A stretch of DNA of 64,000 nucleotides from Lobosporangium transversale (Eukaryota), in NCBI RefSeq assembly GCF_002105155.1, contig NW_019028994.1, positions 1 to 64,000 on the forward strand, given 5' to 3'. The notes under the pieces were generated by a model, which did no database searches, had not been told where the DNA came from, and was given only the letters and a program-made list of their open reading frames with translations. The translations under genes and the position numbers were made by a program. Of the stretch, positions 9,349 through 22,660 are shown piece by piece. Numbering within the stretch: position 1 is the first letter of the stretch; every line of letters starts with the position of its first letter.

Positions 9349-12300
9349 TTACAAAGGTGCACGAGGTCCAGTGACATGAAGATCCACTATAACAAGGAAA
9401 AAAAAAAGAAAAAAAAAAAATTAGAATTAATTATAAAGATTCAATTCCATAACGCTTGATGAAGAAAGAGAAAAAAAAAAAAAAAAAAAAAAAGGAGAGA
9501 GAGGAAGATGCAAACAGAAAAAAAGGGACAAGACAAAAAAAAAAAAGCAAAAAACTCTTGCTTGATTGGCTGGCAAGTCCATTAGCTGATGTTTGTTGTT
9601 ATTGTTGTTCAAAAACTTACTCTCAAGTCTAAACTCTTTGTTCACTCCAGGTGGAGTGATGTTCGCCGGAACGGCTACCTCTCCATCCTGTTGAACCAGT
9701 CCACACAGAAGAATCAATTGGAGCTTATGTCTTTTGGCAATATGCTTCGTCTCCGTAAACGTCGCTAGTTCAGCAGGACCCGGAAGTCGTATCGGGAACC
9801 GTTGTCTGCCATATTCCTCTCTCCAGATCTGAACAACGTTCCTGATGTCGACGCTCTCGAACATTTTCATCTTCATCTTCATCCTCATCTTCATCTTCAT
9901 CTTCATTATCTTCTTCTTCAGACAATCCCTCTGCATGCTTTCCTTTGCCTTCATCCTTTACTGTTGCTCTGTAAAGACTGCGCTGGTATTGTTTCTCTCG
10001 CTTCTGCAGGTGCATAGTCAAATAAAGTGTCACTACATCCGTCTTAAACTTTGCCTCAATGCTATTGATAATCCGAGCATTCGAATTCGAACCCGAATGA
10101 TTTTTGCTAACGTTGATACTATTGTTATTGTTTTGTCCTTCCCGAGAAGAGCGCTCATACTTTTGTTGAAGAGTAAAGTCTACGCTATGTCGCTTTGGCT
10201 TGAAAAAAAAGTTGCGTCTAGTTTCCAGAGATTCATTCTGCCGAGACTGCTGCTGCTGTTGTTGTTGTTGTTGTTCCTGTTGGTGTTGCGTCGTCAACTC
10301 CTTGCTTGAAAGATACCTGGAGTGTTGTTGATGAGGTTGACGGGCCTCATCCTGTAAGAGATCATACAGATGAGAATGGCTTCCATTATACGTCTTCTCC
10401 TGATACATCTGTGGTAGACTCGACTTCTTATTCAACCCCGCTTTCGTCCGCAATTTATTGGCCCCTCCATCCTCAGCCGTTGTCGTTGTCGTCGGTTGCT
10501 CATAAGTAACGGATTGTCCATCTTGTTGATTATGTAGCTGTCCTGGTTGCTCCTGCTGCTGCTGTTGATGTCGCTGCTTTTTCGTGCCAACGGACTCTTG
10601 ACTCATCCTAGGAGACCTTAATGAGCTCGTGGACTTTGGCGATGACAACTTCTTCAGCTTGGGTGTCGTCGGCAACACCGTGACCTCCCGAAGTAACGTG
10701 TGCTCAACCACCCTCACAATCCCCTTCTTAACCACAAACCGCGGTCCTTGGGGGAACGTCGAATCATTCGATGGTAGAGCCGAACCATTGCCACTGCTCT
10801 CCTGATCCGCTGTCGATCCAGATCCAAACTTGTTAGACTTCCCATCATGTCTCCTTCGATGATTACGCCTATTTGGCTTGAACCGGATCGTCAGAGGAAC
10901 GGTCTGTCCAAGATGCACTGTTTCTGAAGGGATCGAGCAAGAGTAAGCCATCCCAAAGGGCTCCCACACTCCTGTATAGTTGGCCGAATTCTCATCATCC
11001 GACATCGAATCCTCAGACTCGGGTTCGTCATATCGTGATGATGACGACGAAACAGATGTGCTAGGGGACAATGGTAGTACAGAGTTTTGGGGTCGTGACA
11101 CCTCTGCAGTCGGAGATGCAACCAAACTACTAGCCTTTGCATCACCATTCGAGCCTTCGGTCGAGGCCTTTTCTCTGTCCGTTTCGGGAGGAGAAGGTGG
11201 CGGGTTAGGTTTGGGCGACAATGGGGGGATCGAGAAGCTCAGCAGTTGTTTTGGACGCGAGAGATCAATAGTCGGGAGCATATTGAGGGCCGATTTGATA
11301 GCCTTCGTAGGCACGGTCAGAGAATTGAATGGGGATGTCAGGACAGATGAGGCTGGGGATGATTGTTTCGATGATTGTGTCTGGAGATCGGGTGATGGTG
11401 ATGGTTGATCAGTAGCCTTCTCAATCCCATTGTTTCTTTCCTCCTTGTTAGGATAGTGTGGCGAACGAGGTGATGCAGGGGAATGCAAGGGGGATTTTGG
11501 CGGAGATGGTGGTGAAGCAGGGGCTAAGCAGGATTGTAATACCCAAACTTCCTGCGAGGCTTCAATGTCACTGATACAGGGGAATGGTCTGTGAAGGATG
11601 GCACGGATGGTGTATTTTATCTTTGCATTAGGACTATAACTGCTGGATGGTAGCAACAGAGCTGGGGATTGAGGAACAGGTGCTATATGTGTTGCGGTAG
11701 AGCCGAATGGTGCCTTGACAGAACCAGGCAGTAATGGGGCTGATGGTCTGGTCAGGGCCAAAGGGTGGATCAGAGGGACTTCAAACTCTTTTTCATAATC
11801 ACCAGCAATTACTGTAAATCCTCCAGGCTTGGTATGCTCAAGTGGGAAATGCCAGATTTGGTGACCTAGAATCTCTTCCGTATGATGGTTAACAACTTTT
11901 TTGTTTTCTAATGCTATTAAAAGTGATGAGGGAAACAAACAAATCGGAGAAAATGCAACAAGCATGCGCGTTGCGCAGAGTGTGGATGAAAGTCAAAAAA
12001 GTAGAAATGAATATTAGTAAATAAGAGAAGAATCAAGTGATATATACGAAAGAGAGAGAAAGAGAGAGAAGAGAGAAAGAGAGAGCAGTATCATGGGGCA
12101 TCATCTAATACCCGTGGATAAAAAGCAGGCCCGATTTTTTTTTTTTTTTTGTAATTCAAAGTGCCCAACCTGTTTTTTATTTTTTTTATTTTTTTCGTCA
12201 TTTTTTTTATACTTTATTTTATTTCCTCCTTTACCTGTCCATTGGGCCTCTGCTTTTGCTTCGTACATGATGACAATATCACGACCACGACAATCATAGT

Positions 12301-12463
12301 TGGTTGCGAACTTGACTGTGCCCTTGATAACTCCAACCTTGTCTGGTGTAGAGCCATAGACAAGAGGCATGCCATGGGGGCCAACATGATCCGTGGCAAT
12401 ATGGATTGTAAGTGATTTGAATTTTGGATCGGAGGAGGAAGGAGTATTCTTATGAGCAGACAT
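9349..12463 (-). CDS. Arrestin-fold (alpha-arrestin-like) protein; exons 12463-12235, 11913-9621, 9386-9349; apparent +1 frameshift at 9794-9796
   Basis: N-terminal IKGTVKFATNYDCRGRDIVIMYEAKAEAQWT|ALENKK..AGDYEKEFEVPL..LPGS..AKIKYTIRAILHRPFP is arrestin-N-like. The C-terminal strands IRLPGPAELATFTETKHIAKRHKLQLIL..EFRLE|MDLHVTGPRAPL* are in a different frame. GT-AG junctions at 12234/11914 and 9620/9387 are frame-consistent. Confidence 0.7.
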
Positions 12464-12534
12464 TGTAAATGTGTATATGTATAGATGTATATATTATGGT
12501 TGTATGTATTTTATCGTTTTTTTGTTCATAAAGT

Positions 12535-13075
12535 GATAAATCCAGGGCGAGCATATTTCCCGAGTCTAACCAGAGTAACAATCCCCGGTACTTGTCTGCA
12601 ACTTCCTTGATGATCCCAGCCTTCCAACCGTACTCTCCACGGGCAACGTTGATGTCCCAAAAGGCTGGGTATTGATCGTAATCGAAATCCTTGTACTCAT
12701 CAATATATTGGTTGTCTTTGAGGTACTGTAGTTGAGCCAGCTGTTCGTTGGTCATCCCGCCCAAGTTATAGACGACTAGGGTTGGTCTCGTTTCAGTCCG
12801 TTCCAGTCCTTCGAATACCTCTGATAATGAATAGAGAAAACTCTCCAGGGCACAAAAATGGTTGGCGGCGGCAGTGACGATGGTAAAGTTCTTGGTTAGG
12901 TTTTCTAGAGGAGAAACGGTATGGTCGATAACATAGGGCAGATCTCTTTCCGGATCGGGCAATCCATCCATGGTACTGTCATCAATAAAATCGGGATCGA
13001 ACTCCATCTCTGGACCTGTACCATAATCGCTGTATGGGTTGTATGGAGTATTGCTGTGTAATGGTATTTTGTCCT
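12535..13075 (-). pseudogene. Internal fragment of a DUF1647-like (glycosyltransferase-like) gene, with no proper start or C-terminus
   Basis: FTIVTAAANHFCALESFL..LVVYNLG..FDYDQYPAFWDI..GEYGWKAGIIKEV..LLWLDSGN resembles the DUF1647 family. Similarity stops abruptly after NMLALD and the frame runs into AT-rich sequence. Confidence 0.65.
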
Positions 13076-14248
13076 CTATTAGATAAGTAAAGTTCAAGAA
13101 GAAAGAATGTTAGATAATGAAAACCGACGATTTCTTTTTTTTTTTTTTTTTTTTTTTTGCTGTCCTGTCCTGTCCGACATGGCAGAGAAGAAGAGAAAAG
13201 AGTCTTCTTCCAATTTGTCTTATTTAATTTGGGAAATGGGAAATGGAAAAAAAAAAAAAAGGAGGGGGGGAAAGAATAACGGAACTTTTTTTTTTTTTTT
13301 ACAAATATCGATTTTAGTATATACTATGACAAAGCAGTGACAAGCAAATCATGTCATACATACTTATTTCCAAAACATCTGGAAAAAAAGGTTGAAGACC
13401 TTACAGAACCAAGCCAAGATTAGCATACGAATTAATTTAGATGTCTCATACTCCAGAGCTCCTTGACATGCCCGATGCAAATGTTATTTAGGGACATCTG
13501 AATATGGCCGTCAATTTCAACGGCACATGTCTCATTAGCCTGCAGCTGCCTAGCACTTTTTGTTACTTGGAGGGGTGGGTCTCACGCAAGATGCAAGCAA
13601 TGTCTGTTTGGCAATGGATGTGCATGTCTCACAATCAAGGTAATTCGTTTCCTTTGGTACAAGAATAGGAAGACACATAGCACGACATAATTAAGCAAAG
13701 CAGCACCTTCGATTATTTCTGTCGATCCTCCCTTCTCTACTCCTCTCTTCTCTTTGATCAGACTTTCGGGATCCGGGTTGCTGTGGTTGTAGTAGCAATA
13801 AAGTCAAATATCCAATAACTTTAAATCTCGCTCGAACAACCGTCAAATGTCCGTGCACATGCAGATTTTAAGATTTTGATATTTCACAAGGTTGAAATTG
13901 AGGGGGAAAGAAATAGGGGTGAGTAGAAAAGTAGTTTATGACAATTGAGAAGGAAGGAAGTAGCGGCGCGTCTGTGTTTCCCCTATGATTTTTTTTTTTT
14001 TTTTTTTTTCTGATGTGAAAGAGCATGTTTCGGATGGACTTGAAGAAATAATAGCGAAAGCATCCCTTTTTATAGTCTATTACCCAAAGACAAAAGAAAA
14101 GAAAAAAGTTCAAGGAGGTGAAAGAGATGGCATAAATATTATGCAGAACATATAAATCTGCGCCCCTGCGTTTTGCTCTTTGCTATTCTGCAATCCAACC
14201 CCGGTTGGTGATCTTGCTTTCAACTTCCTCATAGCTATGGTATATAGA

Positions 14249-14293
<45 letters not shown>

Positions 14294-17200
14294 TATTTTT
14301 TTACTTCGATTATCATTAAAATAAAAGATTTGTTATACTCTTATCAACAAAACGTACATGACCCGAAGCTGTGTACTGTATCAAGTAGATATTATATGTG
14401 TCTTAGGTTGCAGGGGTGGTCGTAAAAAGAAGGTGGTACAAAAAAAAGTTAAAGTTCAACGACAACAACGCTGAACCATGTATTTCGTCATCAGGGTTTT
14501 GACCTGGACGTGTTCCAACTAAGATATTCCTTTTATTTCCTTTATAGTGGATCAGTAGTAACTTATATCATCTCCATCTACAGATCTTTATGTAAAATGA
14601 GCATTAACATGTACGAGAAAGTTGCGTAGACGGACAACGACAAGGAGACGCGGATGAGACAAACAGTCAAAGTAAGCCTTATTATCCTTTTACTTCAGTA
14701 AGAGACAAAAATTTATTCTTTTTTTGAAGTGGTTTCGCTCCACATACCGAGTTCTTATCCCCTTTGGTATTGGCCTTGCAACCGTCATTTCCTTCCTAGG
14801 AGGTGTCAGTATATTATGTCGTAGAATAGGATATCAATAGTCCCATAAAGGGTTCTAATATGTTCTTACGACAGGCAAAAATGACACTAACGTTTCACCT
14901 CGCATGGCATGATATATGTTACCTATCGAACTTGGAACCGTCAATATCGACATGCTTACATCCAACATATATATATTTACTTCAAACCATATGTAGATGT
15001 AATATACGCTGGTCATGCTATGATGACGCATAGCATAAGTATTATTAAGAAGTAACATATGCGCGTATGTGTGCTGATGTATTCTGATACAGCAAGTATT
15101 AAGAGTATGAACATTTTTTATTCATTCATAGATATATTTATTGTTCGTTTTCCTCCCTTCCCCTTTCAATTAGTCTACAGATTGAATGAGTGTATCAATT
15201 CCCTCTTTCTCTTATCCTTATTATCACTCTACCCTGAAGTACGCCTTCTAAATTACTTTAAATATCTCCTTCTTCCCGCTTTCCCCAGTGTCCACGTTCC
15301 GGATTAAAGACAATCCACCTTTCCTGTCTCTAGTTGTCGTCGGTTTCTTGAGAAGTATTCGCGTAAGCATCGGCGATTTTGAGCTCCTTTTTTTAACACC
15401 CATGAATTGGTACCCTCCTTTTTTTTTTTATTATTTTTTTTTATTGCTGCTGCCCAACCTTGCTATATTTGTGCATTTGAAACTTCTTTTTTACTAGCCC
15501 TTCTTGGATATGGAAGCGGGCTCCCTTCTACCTCCGTTTCGCTCAGATCAGCTTCCTCCTTATCATTATTCCCAATTGTTTTTTTAGAGTCTTTTTGATG
15601 ACGATCGGATATAAATTTTCAATATTCTCGAGTGTATTGGCTGCCACCAAATTTAATTCAATGGTCGTTTTTAGATTTAAAAATATATTCTATGACCAAA
15701 AAAAGAAATGGACGACATCTTCCTATGCAATGTTGCAATGCCTTGGCTAGCGTTTTTTTAAAATTCAAGTGATACATGTATAAATATTCATGCTTGCAGA
15801 AGATGGGAGCGCTGTATGATCTGGCTCCTCGTTTAATTCCCCCCTATTTACTACTACAGGACTAAAAAAAGAGGCTATTTTATTTTATTTTTATTTTTAA
15901 CATTTACACTCTGTAGACCTCTAAACCAGAGAGTTTGTAGACGTTGACTTGAATATTTTTGGATATCGTGTCCTGCTGGATCGTTTTCTGCTCACTTTCT
16001 TGCATTTCTAGTCCACTGCATGGCGAATGCAGCACACACTTTTTTTTTTTTTTTTTTTTTTTATTGTTATATATTATTATTACAAGAATGCTTTCTCTAT
16101 TTCCATCCCTTTTCATCCTCCGCCTCACTTTGCTCTGAAGCGACAATGCAACTAGCCAATTCCCGTCTGCGTGTTGGTTTTGCGACTAAAACTATGGCCA
16201 ATCTATCTCCTCTCCACAACCCACCTGTTGTCCTACTCCTTTATCCTACATAGTGCTCATAATCCCCTTCCTAAATGCTCAAATGCTTCGAAACCAGGCC
16301 TTGGAATATTCAGATTAAAAAGAATTTGAAAGCTGTGTAGTAGATAAAGGGCGGGTCCCTTCTCATTTCAAGCTCCCATTTTTTTATTAATATGCATACA
16401 TATTTTAAACTAACCTCCACTATCACCTTATCCATTATGCAAAAAAACTGGTGATGTGAGTTCCTGTCAGATCTTCACAGTTGTTGCTCATTATCATTTC
16501 CTTGTCTTCTCACCCCATATTTGTTTTTTCCCTTACTCTATTATTCTCCTACTCTCCTACTCTCCTACTTTCGTACTCTCCTTCTCTCTTTCTTCCTCTC
16601 TTCTTCTTTTCTATTCTCTTCCTCCCTTTTTTATCCCCATTTTTTTTCCTCTTTTTCATTTGTTTGTTTCCTTAGACACGTCTATATACTTATTTTAATT
16701 TTTATATCTTTCTTAATTTTTTATTTTTTATATCCACTAATAATCTTAATACATTCCCCAGGCATTTGTATAACATCATTTCTGGTAATACTTCACCCCT
16801 TCCTCCCCCTCACCTATACAATCCCAAGACCAACAACCATATAGAGCCTCATGAACCCTTCCTTGGGCATCAATCCATGATTTTCTTTCCCTATTTGATC
16901 CCATTTCAGTTTATGTCTTTAAATCTATATCATTTCAGCCCAGCTTCACGACATATACCATCTATAACTTTTTCTAGCTTTTTCTAGACTATACATGTCT
17001 TTGTTTTTCTTCTTTGTTTTCTTGCGATTCTTCAGGACGTAAGGATGGAATAATTGACGGCGTAGTTCGGGTTTACACCAATCAACATCCAACATTTTTT
17101 TTTGTTCATTACCCAACTTACTGTCTTTTACTTGGGTATGCTCAGGGAATATCATCAAACTATAATCCTTGATATACACAAACGCATCATTAGGCCCTAT

Positions 17201-17700
17201 CTACACTATTCCATCCTATTATGTTCATTTCCCATACCTTGTATTTTCTTTCTTCTCTTTCTGTGAAAAGAAAAGAATAAAAAAAAAAAAAAGCTGGCCT
17301 TTACTTTTTGGTGTAACAGGTCTTGGAGCACATGGACGCACGGACATAAACATTAAGAATTTTTACACTTTATTTATCTGTTTGTTTGTTTTGCATTGAC
17401 CATTGGAAAAGGGTTCTTCCGCTAATTCTGATATTCGCTGATCGTCCTTGTTCCATTATTTTGAATCCAACCTTCAATAAGCATTTTGGATCAGCGCATT
17501 ACTACTTCTTTTCTTGGCGACAAGCAGACTAGGGAAAGAAAAAGAAAAAAAGAAACTAATATTTTTTTTTCTTTTTTTTTTTTCTTCCAAATAGATACCA
17601 GCTGGACAACACAACCCAAAAGGATCCTCGACATTTTCTTTTAATGACCCATCACTTACCCCAGTTTTTACCTGATTAATTTTTTATCTTTAAAAGAAAT

Positions 17701-20488
17701 ATGGCCTCAAAATATCAAGAACGTTCCTTCTCATTCTCATCCTTTTCAACATCCATTTCAACTGCTGCGGGTCAGCGACTCTCCTCATCACAATCCTTCT
17801 CTACATCAACTTGTTCTTCAAATGGCCTACAACAGCAAGTATCACAAGCACCCGAACGGACAATGGGTCTCATGAGTGCAATTCTGATGGTAATGACAGG
17901 GTATGGTGACTATTTCCCTACTTCTTATTTTCCTTTTTCTTCTCCTTTCCTTTCCTTTCCTTCACCCTCTGCTTGTTTCCTGTTCAACATACAAAATGAT
18001 GGAACAATCCATAGACTAACATCACCTTGACTTTTTTTTTTTACCTTTTTCTCCCTCCCTGGCCAAACCTTCAGATCATTGGAACTCTCATCGGCACTGG
18101 TATCTTTGCATCTCCAGGGCCTTTGTTCGATTCCGTAAACTGTACCCAAACAAGCTTCATGATCTGGGCATTCGCAGGTATTATTTGCACAATCGGTGCA
18201 TTTGCCTATGCTGAGCTGGGGACCATGTTTCCAGAGTCAGGTGGGGACTATCAATACCTGGCTCGAGCCTATGGCAAAAAGATGGCATTGGTCTTCGGAT
18301 GGTCTTTTATTACCATCTTGAACCCAATTGGCACTGCAGGGATTTCTGGCGTCCTAGGACGGTACGCAGTTGATATGATTATATATTTCAAGACAGGGAC
18401 CAGTTCAGGTGCGGGTCCTGCTGTTGCAGCTGTTGGCGCTGCAATGGTGACCGGTGCAGGAAGTGTTTTGAATGGGACAAATTACGTCGCTCCACAGGTA
18501 CATTCACCCTTTGCACCAGGGACGCCTTCTTATGCATCGTTCCCTAATGACCCTTTAGCCCAGAACCAGACAGGCGCGGTCTTGCCTAGTTCAGGTCATT
18601 CGGATGATATGCCATGGGTCGTACGCTCCTTTTCGATCGGTTCCATCTTAGTGATGGGAATGATCAACATATTTTTCTTGGAGGGAGGCAAATATGCGAG
18701 CAACATCCTGGCTATGTTCAAAATCGGCGGCATGTGTATGTTAATCGTCATTGGGAGTATGCAAGCTGCGAAAAACCATGCACAAAGTGAAGCCTTTAGT
18801 ATCCCGATCGAACAATCCAGCCACAATATTTCCGATTATGTGAGCGCGTTGTGTTTCGCATTTTTCGCTGTAAGTTATGCAAAAAAAAAAAAAAAGATTT
18901 CTCCCATTACTTTCTCTTCCTCACAGCTTCTTTTTCTAATCTTTTTCCAATCTTTTTTTTTTTTTTTTTTATTCCTCTTCATTAGTATAATGGATTCAAT
19001 AACATCAATCTCGGTCTGGGAGAGCTTCGTGACCCTGAAAGGAATCTCAAGCGTGCCGTCTGGATAGCAATGCCCTTCGTCACTATCCTGTTCTTACTCG
19101 CCAATTTTGCATTCTTTTCCATCCTATCTTCTCACGACCTACGTCATGTCCATTCTTTATCTCTCCATGCGGGTCACACAGTCTTGGGTCAACCTGGAGG
19201 GTTTATGATGGCAGGCACAGTCGTCGCATCAGCTCTTGGATCTATCAACGCTAATATCTGGGCTGGATCTCGGTTGTTAGTTATTATGGCCAAAGATAAT
19301 GCCATCATCCCCTACCCCATCGGTAAAGTCTGGGCACGAACTGGCACGCAAGCCACTGCAATGGGTATCTTGGTTGTCCAAGCTTCGATCCATGCATTGA
19401 TCAGTTTAGATTTCAAGACGTTTTCTAAAATCTATTCAGCAGTCGGATGGACTTGGTATGGCCTTTCTATCCTAGGCCTCCTGTACTTGCGCAAGAAGAA
19501 GCCAACATTCCCAAGGCCTGTAAAAGTGTTTTGGCCTCTAGCGCTCGTGTTCGTGATGGTGGCATTCTTCCTGGTGTTTGGGTCCTTGACATTGGCATTT
19601 ATGAGCACTGGTATTAGCCCGGAGCTACAACAGTCGGAGGGTAGCAAGGGAGAGCCAGATGATGCCGAGTCCGGAAGATACACACCTGTGATTATGTTTG
19701 GTATGGCTATTTTGTTCATGACAGGCGTTGTTCCCGCGTTCTATCTGACAAAGTGCTTCAATCGACGACAGCAACGCAAGCGTGCAACCAAATATGGGCA
19801 ATCTGAAGAAACCCTTAACCCATACAACAATACCGATGGTCAGAGCAAAGACCCAAATGGACATGCTGGTGCTCTTGGGTGCCCTCAGCCCGACTTCGAA
19901 CGCAAAAAGCTATCGAGACGGTTTTCAAGTTCATCCTCTATCACCTTGGTCATCGAACAAAAGAAGATTAAGAAGAGGCAGTACCAACAACATCAACAAC
20001 TAGAAGGCTCTCGATGCAACAGTCCTCAACCTGCACATTTTGAAAGCGATAGTGATGATGAATATGGTGACAATGAAAAAGAGATTGCCCGCGTGCAAGA
20101 GCTTCGCTCTTCAAAACTTTCATATGACCAACGCTCTCACAATCCCCTGGATGATGTTGAGATGGGAGGTGCTCGTACAAATAATAATACCCAACATCAA
20201 AACAGCAGCAATAACAATAATGACCGGATCGATACCTACTCTCCATTTTCGGGTCCAGTAATGGCCATTACAATACCATCGCCGGAAGCTTACAGAGCCG
20301 CTGTAAACTCTCCATACAGACAGTGTCCGTCTCAGTTTTTGGACATCCATGGAAATGGTAGATCAGGTCCAAGCTGTTCCGAGATCACTTTGAGTCTCGC
20401 GGATGAGTATGTTTGCAGTACTAATGGCGAAGATGATGATGATCGCACCAAGGAAAAGGACTCCCAGAGTCAAGACAAGATGGGATGA
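17701..20488 (+). CDS. APC-superfamily amino-acid permease (LAT/MUP1-like); exons 17701-17889, 18075-18869, 18986-20488
   Basis: TM1 GLMSAILM|IIGTLIGTGIFASPG, then YAELGTMFPESGGDYQYLARAYG, FAFFA|YNGFNNIN..ELRDPERNL and GSRLL. Multiple hydrophobic helices. GT-AG introns keep the frame. Confidence 0.92.
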
Positions 20489-20842
20489 AAGATCTTCAAT
20501 TCTGTATTTATATTTCCTCTTTTTTTTTTCTTTTTTTTTCTTTATTTTTTTTCTTTCTTTTTTTTATAAAGTTGTCTTTAATTATTTCTTTTTGCATTGT
20601 AGATAGAGCATAGATAACATTCTTTATCCCGATCATTAAAAACAAAAAAGACAATAGATAAATATGGCTTGAGTATTTTTAAAAAAGTACTCCACGGGAG
20701 GAGAAGGTCTTTTTATTTATATGGTACAAGTTGATAAAAAAAAGTATAGGGTGGAAGCGCCCTACACCAATATCCAGTTTTTCGTCCTTAATTTTTTTTT
20801 TTTTTTTTTTTTTTTTTTGGAATATCCGTAGTAATCTGTCAC

Positions 20843-22660
20843 TCAGTCTTCGTCCAACTCATCAACTTCTTCTTCGTCATCATTCCTATGCCGCGAAGGA
20901 GCTTCTATATCTTCGTCTTCTTCTTCCAACTCATCCTCATCTTCTTCCTCTTGGCCGTCATGGTCATTATCATTGCCTCCTCCGTCCACATCTTCCTCTT
21001 CTTCGTCCCCGTCTCCGCCTCCATCATCATCCTCATCTTCATCTTCATCCTCATCTTCATCTGTATCTTCTCCAAGGCTTTCTTCCTCCAAATCCTCTTC
21101 ATCATCCTCTTCAACTACTTGCTGTTTCTTAGATTTTTTCTTATTTGTGGTACTAACATCTTCACCATTTTCATTATCACTGTCACTGCCCTCTGCATCC
21201 GAATCATATTCTTCCATAATTTCATCTTCGCTTTCCGGTGCAAAATCCTCATCATCTTCATCATCGTCATCGTCATCCAGAGGGTTAGCCGAGATTGTCG
21301 CTCCTGCTGCTGCCCCCGCTCCTGCCCCTGCAGCTATTCCACGTTGCTTTTTCTTCGTGTTCGCTTCACTCTGTTGTGATGATTGACTAGCGCTTTCAGA
21401 CATTAAATCATCATCATCTGCAGCTCGTTCTCTCTTCTTGGAACTTGCAGAAGAAGATGCAGTCGTGGGTCCTTTATCCTTCGCTTTTAGATCTGCACTC
21501 AAGCTTCTGTCTCGAATCCCAGCCTTCTTGATCCATTCTTCAACTTGACCGAATTCCTTAGTATCAATCATACTAAAGCCTACTACTCGACGGTTATCAC
21601 CCTTAGTCTCTTGTGGGACGCCCTCAAGATCTTCTGTTGTAGCGTTTCCGCTGGTATTGTCCATCACAATCTCCATATCAAATGTTCTTGACGTGACAGA
21701 ATGAAAACCAATTGCTTCTATCACAGCTGATCGCATGAAGAGAATAGGCTTCCGGAACGCAAACAGGATCCCTGTTGGGAGTAAATACATCGTTCCTTGA
21801 TTTGATTTTAAATGTGCAGAGAAATTGGGGTATGCTTGTGTGCGACTTGCAATGATATCGATCGCAGAAGAGTTATAGTTGGTTGGATTGGAACGATGCA
21901 GAAAATAGGAAAGAATTGAAATTATGATGGGGTCAGGTCGTTTGGAGCCTGTAATGAAAGGGATCGGCGGAGTCTGTTTCTTTTTGTTCGTAGCAACCAC
22001 AGAAGAGTCAGCTGACATTGATCGTAAATCATCCTCAAGTCCTACAAGCTGTTGATGTTGTTTATGAAACTCGAGTGTAAAATCTTTACCGTCGTCCGCC
22101 AAGGGTACGGCCCAGACGGCGTCCTTGCTGCTGCCTGTACTAATTCCAGAGTGTTTAAAAAACAAGATTAATGCTGTCTGTTTGGTGGTGCGTTCTAAAA
22201 ACGGTACTGCAATGACACGATAGAGAGATTCATAGGGTGCACTACAGATAATTTCTGTATTATTTGTGTTGTTGGCAGCGGAAATGAGAGCTAGATCTCG
22301 TTGATGGAAAGAGAGGACTAGTTTCTTGCGGATAGGATGCAAAAACGATTGAGGGGAGGTGGAGTAGATAGCAGGACCAATGTCCTCAATTGTTGTATTA
22401 AGCTTTGCTGGCGCTGTTGCAACCGCAGTGGATATGTTGGACCCCGTTGTTGTGGCTTCAGAGGGAGTCCTGTTAAAGTATTGAGCGATTCCTTGTACAG
22501 GCTTGGAGGGAGATCCTGATTGCTTGATCTGAAAGTATGTGAGCAATCTTGTCATTACTCCAGCAGTGTCTGGGTAAGTCGTGACCAGGTCCTGCACTGC
22601 CTTGGCCAAATCCTTGTCATCCTGAATCGTTGCCGTGACAAGCTGCGGCGAGAGAGTCAT
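20843..22660 (-). CDS. Rtt106-like histone chaperone (PH-like middle domain plus long acidic C-terminal tail)
   Basis: 605-aa ORF. AHLKSNQGTMYLLPTGILFAFRKPILF..SVTSRTFDM..FSMIDTKEFGQVEEWI is typical of the Rtt106/FACT-like middle domain. The tail is D/E-rich with DEDFAPESED. Confidence 0.75.
   Translation of the reverse strand: MTLSPQLVTATIQDDKDLAKAVQDLVTTYPDTAGVMTRLLTYFQIKQSGSPSKPVQGIAQYFNRTPSEATTTGSNISTAVATAPAKLNTTIEDIGPAIYSTSPQSFLHPIRKKLVLSFHQRDLALISAANNTNNTEIICSAPYESLYRVIAVPFLERTTKQTALILFFKHSGISTGSSKDAVWAVPLADDGKDFTLEFHKQHQQLVGLEDDLRSMSADSSVVATNKKKQTPPIPFITGSKRPDPIIISILSYFLHRSNPTNYNSSAIDIIASRTQAYPNFSAHLKSNQGTMYLLPTGILFAFRKPILFMRSAVIEAIGFHSVTSRTFDMEIVMDNTSGNATTEDLEGVPQETKGDNRRVVGFSMIDTKEFGQVEEWIKKAGIRDRSLSADLKAKDKGPTTASSSASSKKRERAADDDDLMSESASQSSQQSEANTKKKQRGIAAGAGAGAAAGATISANPLDDDDDDEDDEDFAPESEDEIMEEYDSDAEGSDSDNENGEDVSTTNKKKSKKQQVVEEDDEEDLEEESLGEDTDEDEDEDEDEDDDGGGDGDEEEEDVDGGGNDNDHDGQEEEDEDELEEEDEDIEAPSRHRNDDEEEVDELDED

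Noticed and set aside
15290..15600. Coding-like minus-strand stretch (KEEADLSETEVEGSPLPYPRR...)
   Set aside because: No recognisable family or consistent exon structure. It may be a decayed gene but cannot be supported.
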